Assembly (NCBI GenBank): GCA_022616075.1
Contig: JAKEFK010000211.1
Span: 14,164-78,163 of the forward strand
Direction of reading: 5' to 3'
Origin: a bacterium
Lineage (GTDB): Bacteria; Acidobacteriota; HRBIN11; JAKEFK01
Length of the DNA stretch: 64,000 nucleotides
Shown: one piece after another, positions 28,392 through 36,948 of the stretch
How positions within the stretch are numbered: position 1 is the stretch's first letter
How the letters are laid out: each line of letters opens with the position of its first letter
Position numbers and translations under genes: made by a program
Notes under the pieces: model-generated
Database searches by the model: none
What the model was told of the DNA's origin: nothing
Seen by the model: only the letters and a program-made list of their open reading frames with translations

Positions 28392-28879
28392 ACAGAAGCA
28401 CGCAAAGATCGCAAAGGAAACAATATTTTATGCATCAGAAATTTAAGAAAGCTGATCGCCTAAGCAAAAGAGTCATCGGTGCGGCGATCGAAGTTCACCG
28501 AGTAATGGGACCAGGTCTTATCGAATCGATTTATCAAAAATGTTTAATACGTGAACTGCAATTATCCGGAATCCATTGCGCTTCGGAAGTAAGGATTCCG
28601 CTCGAATACAAAGGTGCAATCTTTGATGAACAACTCAAGATGGACGTTTATGTTGACGACTGTCTTATCCTGGAACTTAAAGCTGTTGAAAGTATCCTTC
28701 CGATTCATAAAGCACAGATTTTGACCTACATGAAGTTACTAGACGTTCCTGTAGGGCTTCTAATCAACTTTCACAGTACGCTACTAAAGCATGGCATCAG
28801 CCGTTTAATTCTTGCGGGTGCTGACAAATCAACGTAAGAAATCTGTCTTTGCGTCCTTCGCGACCTTCTGTTCAAAAAA
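28384..28879. mobile_element. Putative 496-bp element: GxxExxY gene bounded by 33-bp imperfect inverted repeats
   Basis: 28384-28416 versus reverse complement of 28847-28879: 28/33 identical, outermost 15 nt perfect. Confidence 0.65.
28430..28837 (+). CDS. GxxExxY protein (PD-(D/E)XK nuclease superfamily)
   Basis: VIGAAIEVH..GPGLIESIY (GxxExxY), D..V....ILELKAV, AQILTY, GLLINF. Confidence 0.93.
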   Translation: MHQKFKKADRLSKRVIGAAIEVHRVMGPGLIESIYQKCLIRELQLSGIHCASEVRIPLEYKGAIFDEQLKMDVYVDDCLILELKAVESILPIHKAQILTYMKLLDVPVGLLINFHSTLLKHGISRLILAGADKST

Positions 28880-28891
28880 GAGGTTCGTTAT

Positions 28892-29965
28892 TTAGACGGG
28901 ACGGTAGATGGTGTCCCGCTTGAAAGGAGCGTAACCCGCATCTCGGATCAGACGGCGCAAATCTTCTTCGGTAGCCTGAAAATGAGCTCCAGCAGCGGAA
29001 ACAACATTCTCCTCAATCATGACGCTACCCATATCGTTGGCGCCAAATTGAAGAGCAACCTGGCCGAGTTTTAATCCTTGAGTGAGCCAGGAACTCTGCA
29101 CGTTTTCTATGTTATCCAGAAAGATTCTTGAGATTGCGAGAGTTTTCAAGAAATCTGTTGCAGTAGAAGTGGGACAAGTCAACAATGTGTTCTCCTGTTG
29201 AAACGTCCAACAGATAAAGGACATGAATCCACCAGTGCGATCCTGCAAGTCTCGAATTCGTTGTAAATGTTCCGCTCGTTCTTCCAGTTTCTCAACGTGA
29301 CCAAACATCATGGTAGCGCTGGAACGTAGATTCAACCGGTGTGCTTCCTCGTGAACGGCGAGCCATTCGTCCGTCATGCATTTGCGCGGAGAAATAATTT
29401 TTCGCACGCGATCCACCAATATTTCGCCGCCACCACCCGGCAAGGAATCCAGTCCGGCAGCACCCAGGCGTTCCATCACAACGGGAAGAGGGAGTTTTGA
29501 AACTTTGCAAATGTTTGTGATTTCCGGGGGCGAAAAACCATGAATCCACACGGAGGGAAACTTCGTTTTAAAATGGCGCAGAAGCCCTTCGTACCATTCC
29601 AATTTGAGTTCAGGATGGAGCCCGCCTTGAAGCAAAATACCAGTGCCCCCAAGCGCAATTGTCTCTTCGATTTTCTTGTCCAGTAGATCCAGTCCATGCA
29701 AGTAGGAATCCGATTCTAGAGAAGAGCGATAGAACGCGCAAAAAGAACACTCCACATAGCAAACATTCGTGTAATTAATATTGCGGTCCACAATGTAACT
29801 AACCCGGGGACCGGAATGAAATTTGTGCCGTACGTAATCTGCCGCCATGCCGATTTCCAAAAGTTCACTGGAAAAAAACAATTGAACGGCATCCTCCTGT
29901 GATAACCGCTCATTCCTGTACACTTTGTCCAGAATAGATGTTTTGTTTTCTACGACTACATCCAT
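28892..29965 (-). CDS. mqnC: Cyclic dehypoxanthinyl futalosine synthase (radical SAM)
   Basis: IVDRNINYTNVCYVECSFC (CxxxCxxC), FGANDMGSVMIEENVV. Confidence 0.92.
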   Translation of the reverse strand: MDVVVENKTSILDKVYRNERLSQEDAVQLFFSSELLEIGMAADYVRHKFHSGPRVSYIVDRNINYTNVCYVECSFCAFYRSSLESDSYLHGLDLLDKKIEETIALGGTGILLQGGLHPELKLEWYEGLLRHFKTKFPSVWIHGFSPPEITNICKVSKLPLPVVMERLGAAGLDSLPGGGGEILVDRVRKIISPRKCMTDEWLAVHEEAHRLNLRSSATMMFGHVEKLEERAEHLQRIRDLQDRTGGFMSFICWTFQQENTLLTCPTSTATDFLKTLAISRIFLDNIENVQSSWLTQGLKLGQVALQFGANDMGSVMIEENVVSAAGAHFQATEEDLRRLIRDAGYAPFKRDTIYRPV

Positions 29966-30735
29966 ATGTCTTTTCTCACTTTTTGCAGATACCCGAAATC
30001 GGCCGCAAGAACAAGGAACCGGAGCAATCCTTCGTAATCACTGCGCGCCAAATGATAGCGCAAATTCTCATTATAATACCTCTTCAAAAAAGGGACATCC
30101 ACTGCGAGCATACTGGCTGCCCGATAAATGATGCCTTCCCAATTTTGCGTCGCCTGCTGGTAAGCATTGTGAAATATTTCCTTCTCTTCATGAGACAGAA
30201 TCCTTTTGCTTGCCCATACAGCAAAAACGAAAGGAAATCCGGTAATGGAATACCATTCCGTCGCCAGATCATAGTGGTCGTAGTCGCTCTTATCGGTCAG
30301 AATAGCCTCGTCACCTATAATCAGAGCCGCATCATATTGCCTTAAAACTTCATGAATGTTATCGATCGAGCCGGAGAGAAATCTTGGCTTATTTTTGTAT
30401 TTTTCATTCAGAATGATTTTTGACAACAGCACCGAAGTCAAAGAGGAAGGATCCCCAATCACGGTCCTTAACCGATCTAACGGTTTGGTTGCAAATAAAT
30501 AAACAGACTCCGTCCGGTTAGTTGCAGCAATCCCTAGACCTTTGATGGCGCGGATTTCTGTACTGAGCTGTGTGCCGATAATCGGAATCAGGGCAACGTC
30601 CACTTCGTCTTGCAGAAGCATTTCGTAACACCGCGAAGGAGTTTCGAATGTCAGCTCCAAATCAGGATTAAACTCCAGGCCATAAACCAGGGGAAGAGTA
30701 TTGATGTAGCGTATGGCCGCAATTCGTATCGTCAT
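29956..30735 (-). CDS. mqnA: Chorismate dehydratase (futalosine pathway)
   Basis: IRYINTLPL, SVYLF, SSLTSV, LIIGDEA, PFVFAVW; adjacent to mqnC. Confidence 0.9.
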   Translation of the reverse strand: MTIRIAAIRYINTLPLVYGLEFNPDLELTFETPSRCYEMLLQDEVDVALIPIIGTQLSTEIRAIKGLGIAATNRTESVYLFATKPLDRLRTVIGDPSSLTSVLLSKIILNEKYKNKPRFLSGSIDNIHEVLRQYDAALIIGDEAILTDKSDYDHYDLATEWYSITGFPFVFAVWASKRILSHEEKEIFHNAYQQATQNWEGIIYRAASMLAVDVPFLKRYYNENLRYHLARSDYEGLLRFLVLAADFGYLQKVRKDIWM

Positions 30736-30736
30736 C

Positions 30737-30804
30737 GCGTTTGCGCGTCTTTGCGTCACCGCGTAATGACGCGAAGACCCGGAAACGCGCTGACGCGAAG
30801 ACGC
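30737..30804. repeat. GACGCGAAGACGCG-type short repeat / hairpin
   Basis: 30737-30758 and 30767-30789 form a near-perfect inverted pair (3 mismatches), with an extra partial unit at 30791-30804. Confidence 0.6.
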
Positions 30805-31436
30805 TATTTACCGGCCACGACTTCGAAAACTTCGGATTTTACTTGCAAACTCTCAAAATACACAAGACTTGTGCCGGCGGTAACCAGGCCGACTTTGCCA
30901 CCGGTGCTAACCTCATCTTCCGCATCTATGATCAGTTGACCATCCACGTACGCTTTCAGTCTGTCGAGGTAACACACCGCTTTCAATTCATACCAGCGAT
31001 CCGGTGTAAACGCATGATTGACCCGCTCAAGCACTTTAATACCCCCTCGACTTGCCCGAGTTAAAGTCAATCGCTGATCCTTTGAATTCAGAAACAGCAT
31101 ATAGAAACTGTAGAGATTTCTGTAGCGAAGGATGAGTCCTCCTGCTTGCGTGTCCTGGTTTTCGCTGCTGATATAGATTTTTGTCGAAACTTCAAAATCG
31201 AAGTAATCCCGGTCTTTCATCAAAACCTTCGGATAGTCGGCATATTTCACAGACTGACTGAGAACCGGTTGATTGATTTTAGGTGGTGTCACAACCTCCC
31301 ACGCTCCCGAAATTGGACTCAGTAGATCCGTTACCGCTGGATTATCAAATTTCAAAGTGTGGTTCACAAAGCGCGATTGATAAGTAGCAGCAACGAATAG
31401 AAGTGGTACAAGAGCAATCCAGAAGCGTTTCTTCAT
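30804..31436 (-). CDS. Secreted concanavalin-like / DUF1080-type beta-sandwich protein
   Basis: Signal peptide; AGGLILRY, WYELKAV, GKVGLVT pattern. Confidence 0.6.
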   Translation of the reverse strand: MKKRFWIALVPLLFVAATYQSRFVNHTLKFDNPAVTDLLSPISGAWEVVTPPKINQPVLSQSVKYADYPKVLMKDRDYFDFEVSTKIYISSENQDTQAGGLILRYRNLYSFYMLFLNSKDQRLTLTRASRGGIKVLERVNHAFTPDRWYELKAVCYLDRLKAYVDGQLIIDAEDEVSTGGKVGLVTAGTSLVYFESLQVKSEVFEVVAGK

Positions 31437-31444
31437 TCAACCGC

Positions 31445-34400
31445 CTAGAAGTCGTATGCTATCGAGAAATCAAACTGTATTCCATCAGTGAATTTTCTTT
31501 CTCTCGGTTTTGAAAGATCAATCGTACGATCCGCATTGAAAAATATGCCCTGACCGTAGACTTTTGAAAAATCAAAATTAAATGGGAGCCCGCCTGCAAA
31601 AATGGTGAATCCAGCCCCGATGGATCCGGCTCCCTCTTCCAGATCCAATGCAAACAGACGTCCGTCAACAAGATCTACAATAAGGTTGTCTTGAGGCAAA
31701 GCAAGCAGCGAGTCTTCATGTGTACTAAAAGAAGCTCTAAAGTAATCGACAAAGACTTTGCCACGCAATTGTCCAAGGATGGGAACGCGTGGATTCGGCC
31801 AGAGCGCAAAACGGAATTCCGCATTTCCGATACCACCGCTGGTTCCGATGATCTCACGGAAATCAAATCCACGGATGTCCTGTCCGCCACCAAAACTAAA
31901 AATCACAGGATCGTCCCCGTTTGTATGGAAACCGCGTCCGCGAAAAGCAAGAACAGATCTTCCATGAACGCGGAAGTACTTCCGCACATCCAATTCATAG
32001 ATCGTACGGGAGACCCAATCGTCCGATATCGAAGGAGCATATCCGAATGACAGCCGGAATGTGAATCCGCTGAGCGGTCCAAATTCTCGGAAACGAGTTG
32101 TTTCACCCACAAGAGCAACACCCAGAGGTATGTATCCACCACGCGCAAGAGCATCTGCCTGGCCTGTTTCTGCAAGATGTCGTTCGTACGCATCCTGGAC
32201 CGCGGGATTATAGAACTTCTGCGAAAGATCAAAAATCCCCGCGCTAAATTCGGCGCGATAAAAACGGCTGAATGGATACTGTGAAATGATTCGTCCACCG
32301 TAAATGCGGGAGCGAACAATATCAACGCCGAAACCTACATCCTCCGCTACCGGACCCGGCAAGGGAGCAAAGAAAAAGTCGTCATCGAAAATGAAATCGG
32401 ACAGATACTGAAAACGATGCCGAAGATCGAGATACCCTACGTTATAAGATTGGAATCCACGAATACGGCTCGTGAAAAAACGAAATTCCTGATCTCCCAG
32501 AATGTCCTGCAACACTATCCCAGAAGCCACAGCAAACGTATCGCCTGAAACACCGGTGATTACGCTGGGACGACCCGCGATCAAGACCCGGAACTTCTTA
32601 TCGGCAATCTTGCTTTGGTCGATGGCAAGCTGTTTTGTCGGACGGAAATCGGTGTCCTGGGAAAAACTTCCCTGCACAGTCTCGCCCTTGGGAACACCCA
32701 GTGCCGCCGAAAGCTGCTCGGCGGTTGTTTTTGTACTTCCCTCATCGGTTTCTGTCCCTTTAGGAATCACCGCCACTGCCGTGGGAAGATCCATTACAAA
32801 AAACCGGTATTGACCCTTAAAGAAGGAGGTGAAGGCGATCCGATCCTTTCCCTGATCCTTCAAGGAAACTGGACTGAAATTTCCACCGATCACATCCGTA
32901 TATTGAACTTTATCGCCGGTATTCAAATCCAGCCGGTATAGATTGTAAACGCCATTCCGGTTGGCAGAGTAATAAACGCTGTTTGTTGTCTGATCGTAGT
33001 AAGGGCTCGTAGAATCATATTCGTTGAACGTAAGTTGTTCGACCTGATTCGGATTTGCTGGATTCATCCTCATGATCTGATCCCTGGATCGGATACGGGA
33101 TGTATAGAAAATCCATTTTCCATCAGCAGACCACATGGGAGTTTTTTCAAACAGTGAATTGTTGGTCAGATTTTTGATGGCTTCGGTCTCAACATCCACA
33201 ACAAAAAGATCCGGTTGACCGTTTACCAAACCGGTGATTAACACCGTGCGGCCATCAGGAGATAGCGAAGGCGAGCCGGCCTGATCAATGGATAGCTTGA
33301 TTTTTTTGAGACGGTCTCCATCCGACGCATCGATTACGATCAAAGAACGTCGTTTTCCGGTTCGAGCAAAAAACGCAATCCGCTGGCCGGTCCATGACAG
33401 ATTGCGACCATCAAATCTGTAAGAATCCGTTGTCAGATAGTCATAACTGGAAGTGAACCCGCCCGTGAGATTATCAAGAACCTTCCCGGTGGCGTCGATC
33501 TTCAGTATGTCAAACTCGTAATCCTCCCGGTTTGCCGTCATGATAACGAATTCACGTCCGTCCGGAGAAGGAGCTTGCGAAAAGATTTGATGATACTTGC
33601 TTGGAAGAGTGATCTCCTTCCCATAATCAATCGGAGACTGGCGATCTCTGTAGTCTTTAAAACGCTCTCTTAAGTAATTAGCGAATTGTTCATTGAACGT
33701 TTCTTCTTTCACTCCCAGAGCGGAATAGATCACATCTTCGGATCCGAGTAGCGTGGCTTTCTTTAAATAAAACCAGAACTGGCGGACAGCAGCATCTCCG
33801 TATTTTTCCTCCATAAATTCAAACGCAGCATGGCCGACGTTGTAAGGAGCGCGCCCTAACTCAACTCCGCCTGGAGCAATCAGGTCTTCTTCTACGCTTA
33901 GAAACGGCAACCGCTCCGTCATCACAGCGTCACGAACAATCATCAAATCGGTTGGATCCCAAACTCCCGTTTGATACTCGGCAAAACCTTCCATAACCCA
34001 GAGTGGAGGAGATTGCTTTAGAACGGGTGAAATCATTCCTCCAAATAACATAGAGAATTCAAAAACGTGAGCGAGCTCATGGATGATCAGTTCCTGCAAT
34101 TGATCGGAGGGCTGATCAATCGCGAAAGCCATCCTGTTATATACCGGTTCAGCCGCGCCCAGGATTCCTTCGGAAATCTGGAGATAATTCACCTGTTCGA
34201 ATTCACTTTGAGTTTTGAAAAAGATCAGGGGAATTTTGAATTCAATGTCGTGCTGTAGATCGGCGCTGATTTTGTCATACGCGGATTCAGCCATGCTTGC
34301 CACTCGCTGCAAATGAGCTTCTGACTGTGGGTAAAAGAAAATTTCGAAGTGTGGCGTTTTGTAAGTCTTCCAATCGAAATTGTCGTATTTGACGTTGTTT

Positions 34401-34483
34401 TTTCCGTAGTAAGGAACAAGTTGCGCCTGAACTGCGGAAGCTGTAAATAGAATCAGGAGGGTTATTGCAATTTTCTGAACCAT
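31445..34483 (-). CDS. Omp85/BamA-family outer-membrane protein with N-terminal peptidase-MA (zincin) and PD40 beta-propeller domains
   Basis: Signal peptide; HELAH plus WVMEGFAEY; SPDG/PD40 repeats; barrel motif DIRGF; terminal Phe. Confidence 0.85.
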   Translation of the reverse strand: MVQKIAITLLILFTASAVQAQLVPYYGKNNVKYDNFDWKTYKTPHFEIFFYPQSEAHLQRVASMAESAYDKISADLQHDIEFKIPLIFFKTQSEFEQVNYLQISEGILGAAEPVYNRMAFAIDQPSDQLQELIIHELAHVFEFSMLFGGMISPVLKQSPPLWVMEGFAEYQTGVWDPTDLMIVRDAVMTERLPFLSVEEDLIAPGGVELGRAPYNVGHAAFEFMEEKYGDAAVRQFWFYLKKATLLGSEDVIYSALGVKEETFNEQFANYLRERFKDYRDRQSPIDYGKEITLPSKYHQIFSQAPSPDGREFVIMTANREDYEFDILKIDATGKVLDNLTGGFTSSYDYLTTDSYRFDGRNLSWTGQRIAFFARTGKRRSLIVIDASDGDRLKKIKLSIDQAGSPSLSPDGRTVLITGLVNGQPDLFVVDVETEAIKNLTNNSLFEKTPMWSADGKWIFYTSRIRSRDQIMRMNPANPNQVEQLTFNEYDSTSPYYDQTTNSVYYSANRNGVYNLYRLDLNTGDKVQYTDVIGGNFSPVSLKDQGKDRIAFTSFFKGQYRFFVMDLPTAVAVIPKGTETDEGSTKTTAEQLSAALGVPKGETVQGSFSQDTDFRPTKQLAIDQSKIADKKFRVLIAGRPSVITGVSGDTFAVASGIVLQDILGDQEFRFFTSRIRGFQSYNVGYLDLRHRFQYLSDFIFDDDFFFAPLPGPVAEDVGFGVDIVRSRIYGGRIISQYPFSRFYRAEFSAGIFDLSQKFYNPAVQDAYERHLAETGQADALARGGYIPLGVALVGETTRFREFGPLSGFTFRLSFGYAPSISDDWVSRTIYELDVRKYFRVHGRSVLAFRGRGFHTNGDDPVIFSFGGGQDIRGFDFREIIGTSGGIGNAEFRFALWPNPRVPILGQLRGKVFVDYFRASFSTHEDSLLALPQDNLIVDLVDGRLFALDLEEGAGSIGAGFTIFAGGLPFNFDFSKVYGQGIFFNADRTIDLSKPRERKFTDGIQFDFSIAYDF

Positions 34484-34495
34484 GATTCACCTCAT

Positions 34496-35191
34496 CTAAG
34501 GTTCTAACAAGGTGCGGGACCCGGCCACCCGGTAGGGCACCAGAACTCCGACAATCTTGGGAGCGATTCTTTCAAAGAGGTCGTAGAAGAGCGGTAAGCT
34601 CACATTACTGATGTCATCGTAGATCTCTTCTTCCTTAAAAGTCTCTTCGAATAGTTTTTGTCCGGTCTTTGCCTCGATCAAAACGAGGTTAATTCCTAAA
34701 ACAAGCTGAAGGCGTTCGCGAGAGGAAGTAACGATTCTTTGAGTTCCCGTGCGGGGATTGGTCACACGTTCCGTTACCAGTCCTCCTTTCTCGTGGTTGG
34801 AGAACTCCACGGCTCCAGCAACGATGAGACTCGTATCACGATCTTTGATATCCATCGCTTGCCAGAAAGAGGGATCCTTCAAAACGTCTTCCGGTTTTCG
34901 ATCGGGAGGAATTTCGATTTTTAATTCTTCGATCTCGTATGAACTACGGTCCGCAAACTCGGACTTGAGTGTTTCTTTAATTTCTTTGTTTACATTGATC
35001 GGGATCTCATGATCGACGTCACGCTGTCCGGATACGACAAAGTCGGCAATGTAAATCTTGCGGTAACCTTTGGCTACATACTTCGGTCGAAGCGGAGCCA
35101 TGATCTGGACTTCTGAGGTTCCGGCAGGACAATCGATTGAGTTAAAGAACAGGAAGGAAAACAAGAAAAGTACCACTATGATCTGTCGCAT
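34496..35191 (-). CDS. Secreted hypothetical protein (possibly CsgG/TolB-N-like fold)
   Basis: Signal peptide; in an operon with the TPR and Omp85 genes. Fold guess only. Confidence 0.55.
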   Translation of the reverse strand: MRQIIVVLFLFSFLFFNSIDCPAGTSEVQIMAPLRPKYVAKGYRKIYIADFVVSGQRDVDHEIPINVNKEIKETLKSEFADRSSYEIEELKIEIPPDRKPEDVLKDPSFWQAMDIKDRDTSLIVAGAVEFSNHEKGGLVTERVTNPRTGTQRIVTSSRERLQLVLGINLVLIEAKTGQKLFEETFKEEEIYDDISNVSLPLFYDLFERIAPKIVGVLVPYRVAGSRTLLEP

Positions 35192-35248
35192 ATTCTTCGG
35201 GGGGATTCCTTATTCCTATAGGAACTACAGGAAAATGCTGCAGTCCAG

Positions 35249-35608
35249 TTATTCTTTTTGACGCTGATACTTCCGGTAAAAATCTCGAAATCGATCCAGA
35301 TTGTTTTTGACGTTCTGGTTCTGACTGTCCAACCGGTAAGCTATCTGGTATTCCTCCAACGCCAGTTCGTATTCTCCCAATTGTTCATAAGCAACTGCCA
35401 GATTGTTATGTGCCATCAGATTGTTAGGATCGAGTTGTAAGGCTTTTCGCCATCGATATATTGCTTCGTCCCAATGATCTTCCTTTGCGGCTCGAACACC
35501 ATACTTGATTTGTCCTTTAACTTCTTCACTGACTTCTGCAAAGCTGAAAGAAGAGCAAAGTAATAGAATGGAAAGAAAAACTGTGGTAGGAACTTTGGTT
35601 TTTTGCAT
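35249..35608 (-). CDS. Secreted tetratricopeptide repeat protein
   Basis: WDEAIYRWRKALQLDPNNLMAHNNLAVAYEQLG TPR; signal peptide. Confidence 0.85.
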   Translation of the reverse strand: MQKTKVPTTVFLSILLLCSSFSFAEVSEEVKGQIKYGVRAAKEDHWDEAIYRWRKALQLDPNNLMAHNNLAVAYEQLGEYELALEEYQIAYRLDSQNQNVKNNLDRFRDFYRKYQRQKE

Positions 35609-35675
35609 CCGTCCCACTATCTGGAAAAAAATTATAGGTATTTTGTGAGAGGCGTGCAAGAAAGCAAACTTTCAG

Positions 35676-35727
35676 GTTCAACGTTCAAGACGTTCAAAAG
35701 TTTAAAAAGGTTCAAACAATTCAAACC
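35676..35727. repeat. GTTCAA-based short tandem repeat
   Basis: Six degenerate GTTCAA units at 7-10 nt spacing in the divergent promoter region. Confidence 0.6.
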
Positions 35728-35881
35728 GGGCAATCCTATTGACCGATTGGGACGGCGGTAACAAAAAACGTCACTGCCCGGTTGACACTAATTTGATTTT
35801 CGCAGTTGCCTATGATAACCTCGAAACCGTTAACCTATTGATATGGAAAGGGTTTCTACAAATGTGCTGGCCGCTGAATTA

Positions 35882-35897
35882 TGGCACTAAACTTGCA
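35882..35897 (+). promoter_or_regulatory. Sigma54 (-24/-12) promoter of the pilin gene
   Basis: TGGCAC-TAAAC-TTGCA matches TGGCAC-N5-TTGC; 39 nt upstream of the pilin ATG. Confidence 0.82.
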
Positions 35898-35935
35898 GGA
35901 AAGAAGGAAACAAGCTTAAGTCTAAAGGAGGTAGA

Positions 35936-36397
35936 ATGAAGATTAGGCTAAAAAAGGAAGGATTCACCTTGATCGAGTTGCTGATCGTGGTGGCCATTAT
36001 CGGTATCATTGCCGCGATCGCCATCCCTAACCTTCTGAATGCTATTCAGCGTGGCAGACAGAAGAGAACAATGGCGGATATGCGCGCAGTCGGCACAGCG
36101 GTAGAATCTTACGCGGTTGATAATAACAAATATCCGGCGGGAGGATCTGCGTTATCAACAATTCAAACTAACGTTGAACCAAGGTACATACAACAGGTGC
36201 CATTGGTGGATGCTTGGAACCAGAATTACGACTACCTGTCATCCCCAACAAGCTCTCCGCAGGCATACTCTGTGGAAAGTTACGGTAAGGATTTGGCGGA
36301 CCATGGCTACTTTGTTGGTTCGACAACAAACTTCAACAACGACATAGTTTTCTCGCAAGGTCTTTTCACTGGGTATCCTGAAGGAAGCCAGCAATAA
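35936..36397 (+). CDS. Type IV pilin / GspG-like major (pseudo)pilin
   Basis: Prepilin cleavage site G|FTLIE (E5), hydrophobic helix, DAW..Y, SYGKD; AAGGAGG RBS. Confidence 0.92.
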   Translation: MKIRLKKEGFTLIELLIVVAIIGIIAAIAIPNLLNAIQRGRQKRTMADMRAVGTAVESYAVDNNKYPAGGSALSTIQTNVEPRYIQQVPLVDAWNQNYDYLSSPTSSPQAYSVESYGKDLADHGYFVGSTTNFNNDIVFSQGLFTGYPEGSQQ

Positions 36398-36416
36398 GGT
36401 CTTTTCAACGGTTTTG

Positions 36417-36454
36417 TGGTCCCTCCGAGTGGAGGGACTACCTGTTTTTTTTTT
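36417..36454 (+). terminator. Intrinsic terminator after the major pilin
   Basis: GTCCCTCC-GAGT-GGAGGGAC stem followed by a T10 run. Confidence 0.75.
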
Positions 36455-36468
36455 AGGGGGAGAAGTGA

Positions 36469-36948
36469 ATGAGGAAAGGAAATCTAGGACATCAACTTAG
36501 AAAAAACGGCTTCAGTTTGGTCGAATTGATGATCGTTCTCGTCATCATTGGTATACTGATGGCGATACTCATTCCTAACATGCTGGATGCAACGCATCGT
36601 GCCAAACAACGCGCCACTGTTGGCGAACTTCGCGCGTGGGGAAATGCACTTGGTGCTTATGTCGCTGAGATAGGAACGTTTCCGGCCGGAACCGGCGCCC
36701 CCGGGGTTCTTGTATCAACCATTCATAACCAGCTTGTTCCTTATGCCGTTTCGGCGCTACATGACCAGGATTCCTGGAAATTTGATATGCGCTATGTTGC
36801 ACCGCCTCTTCCCACTCCAACGAGCTATACAGTGATTTCTTATGCTAAGAATGGAATACTCGATGTCTGTCTAACTCCCGCAACCTGGTTCAACTACAAT
36901 GAAGATATAGCTATTTCTGACGGATTATTCGTTTGTTCGCCTAGCTAG
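36469..36948 (+). CDS. Second type IV pilin-like protein (paralogue)
   Basis: G|FSLVE cleavage motif; DSWK, SYAKNG and DIAISDGLF parallel the first pilin. Confidence 0.88.
   Translation: MRKGNLGHQLRKNGFSLVELMIVLVIIGILMAILIPNMLDATHRAKQRATVGELRAWGNALGAYVAEIGTFPAGTGAPGVLVSTIHNQLVPYAVSALHDQDSWKFDMRYVAPPLPTPTSYTVISYAKNGILDVCLTPATWFNYNEDIAISDGLFVCSPS

Noticed and set aside
35936-36397. Electrically conductive (e-)pilin hypothesis, since the mature pilin is about 11% aromatic
   Set aside because: There is no aromatic residue between F1 and Y50. The key N-terminal aromatic positions of Geobacter-type e-pilins are missing and the gap is far too long.
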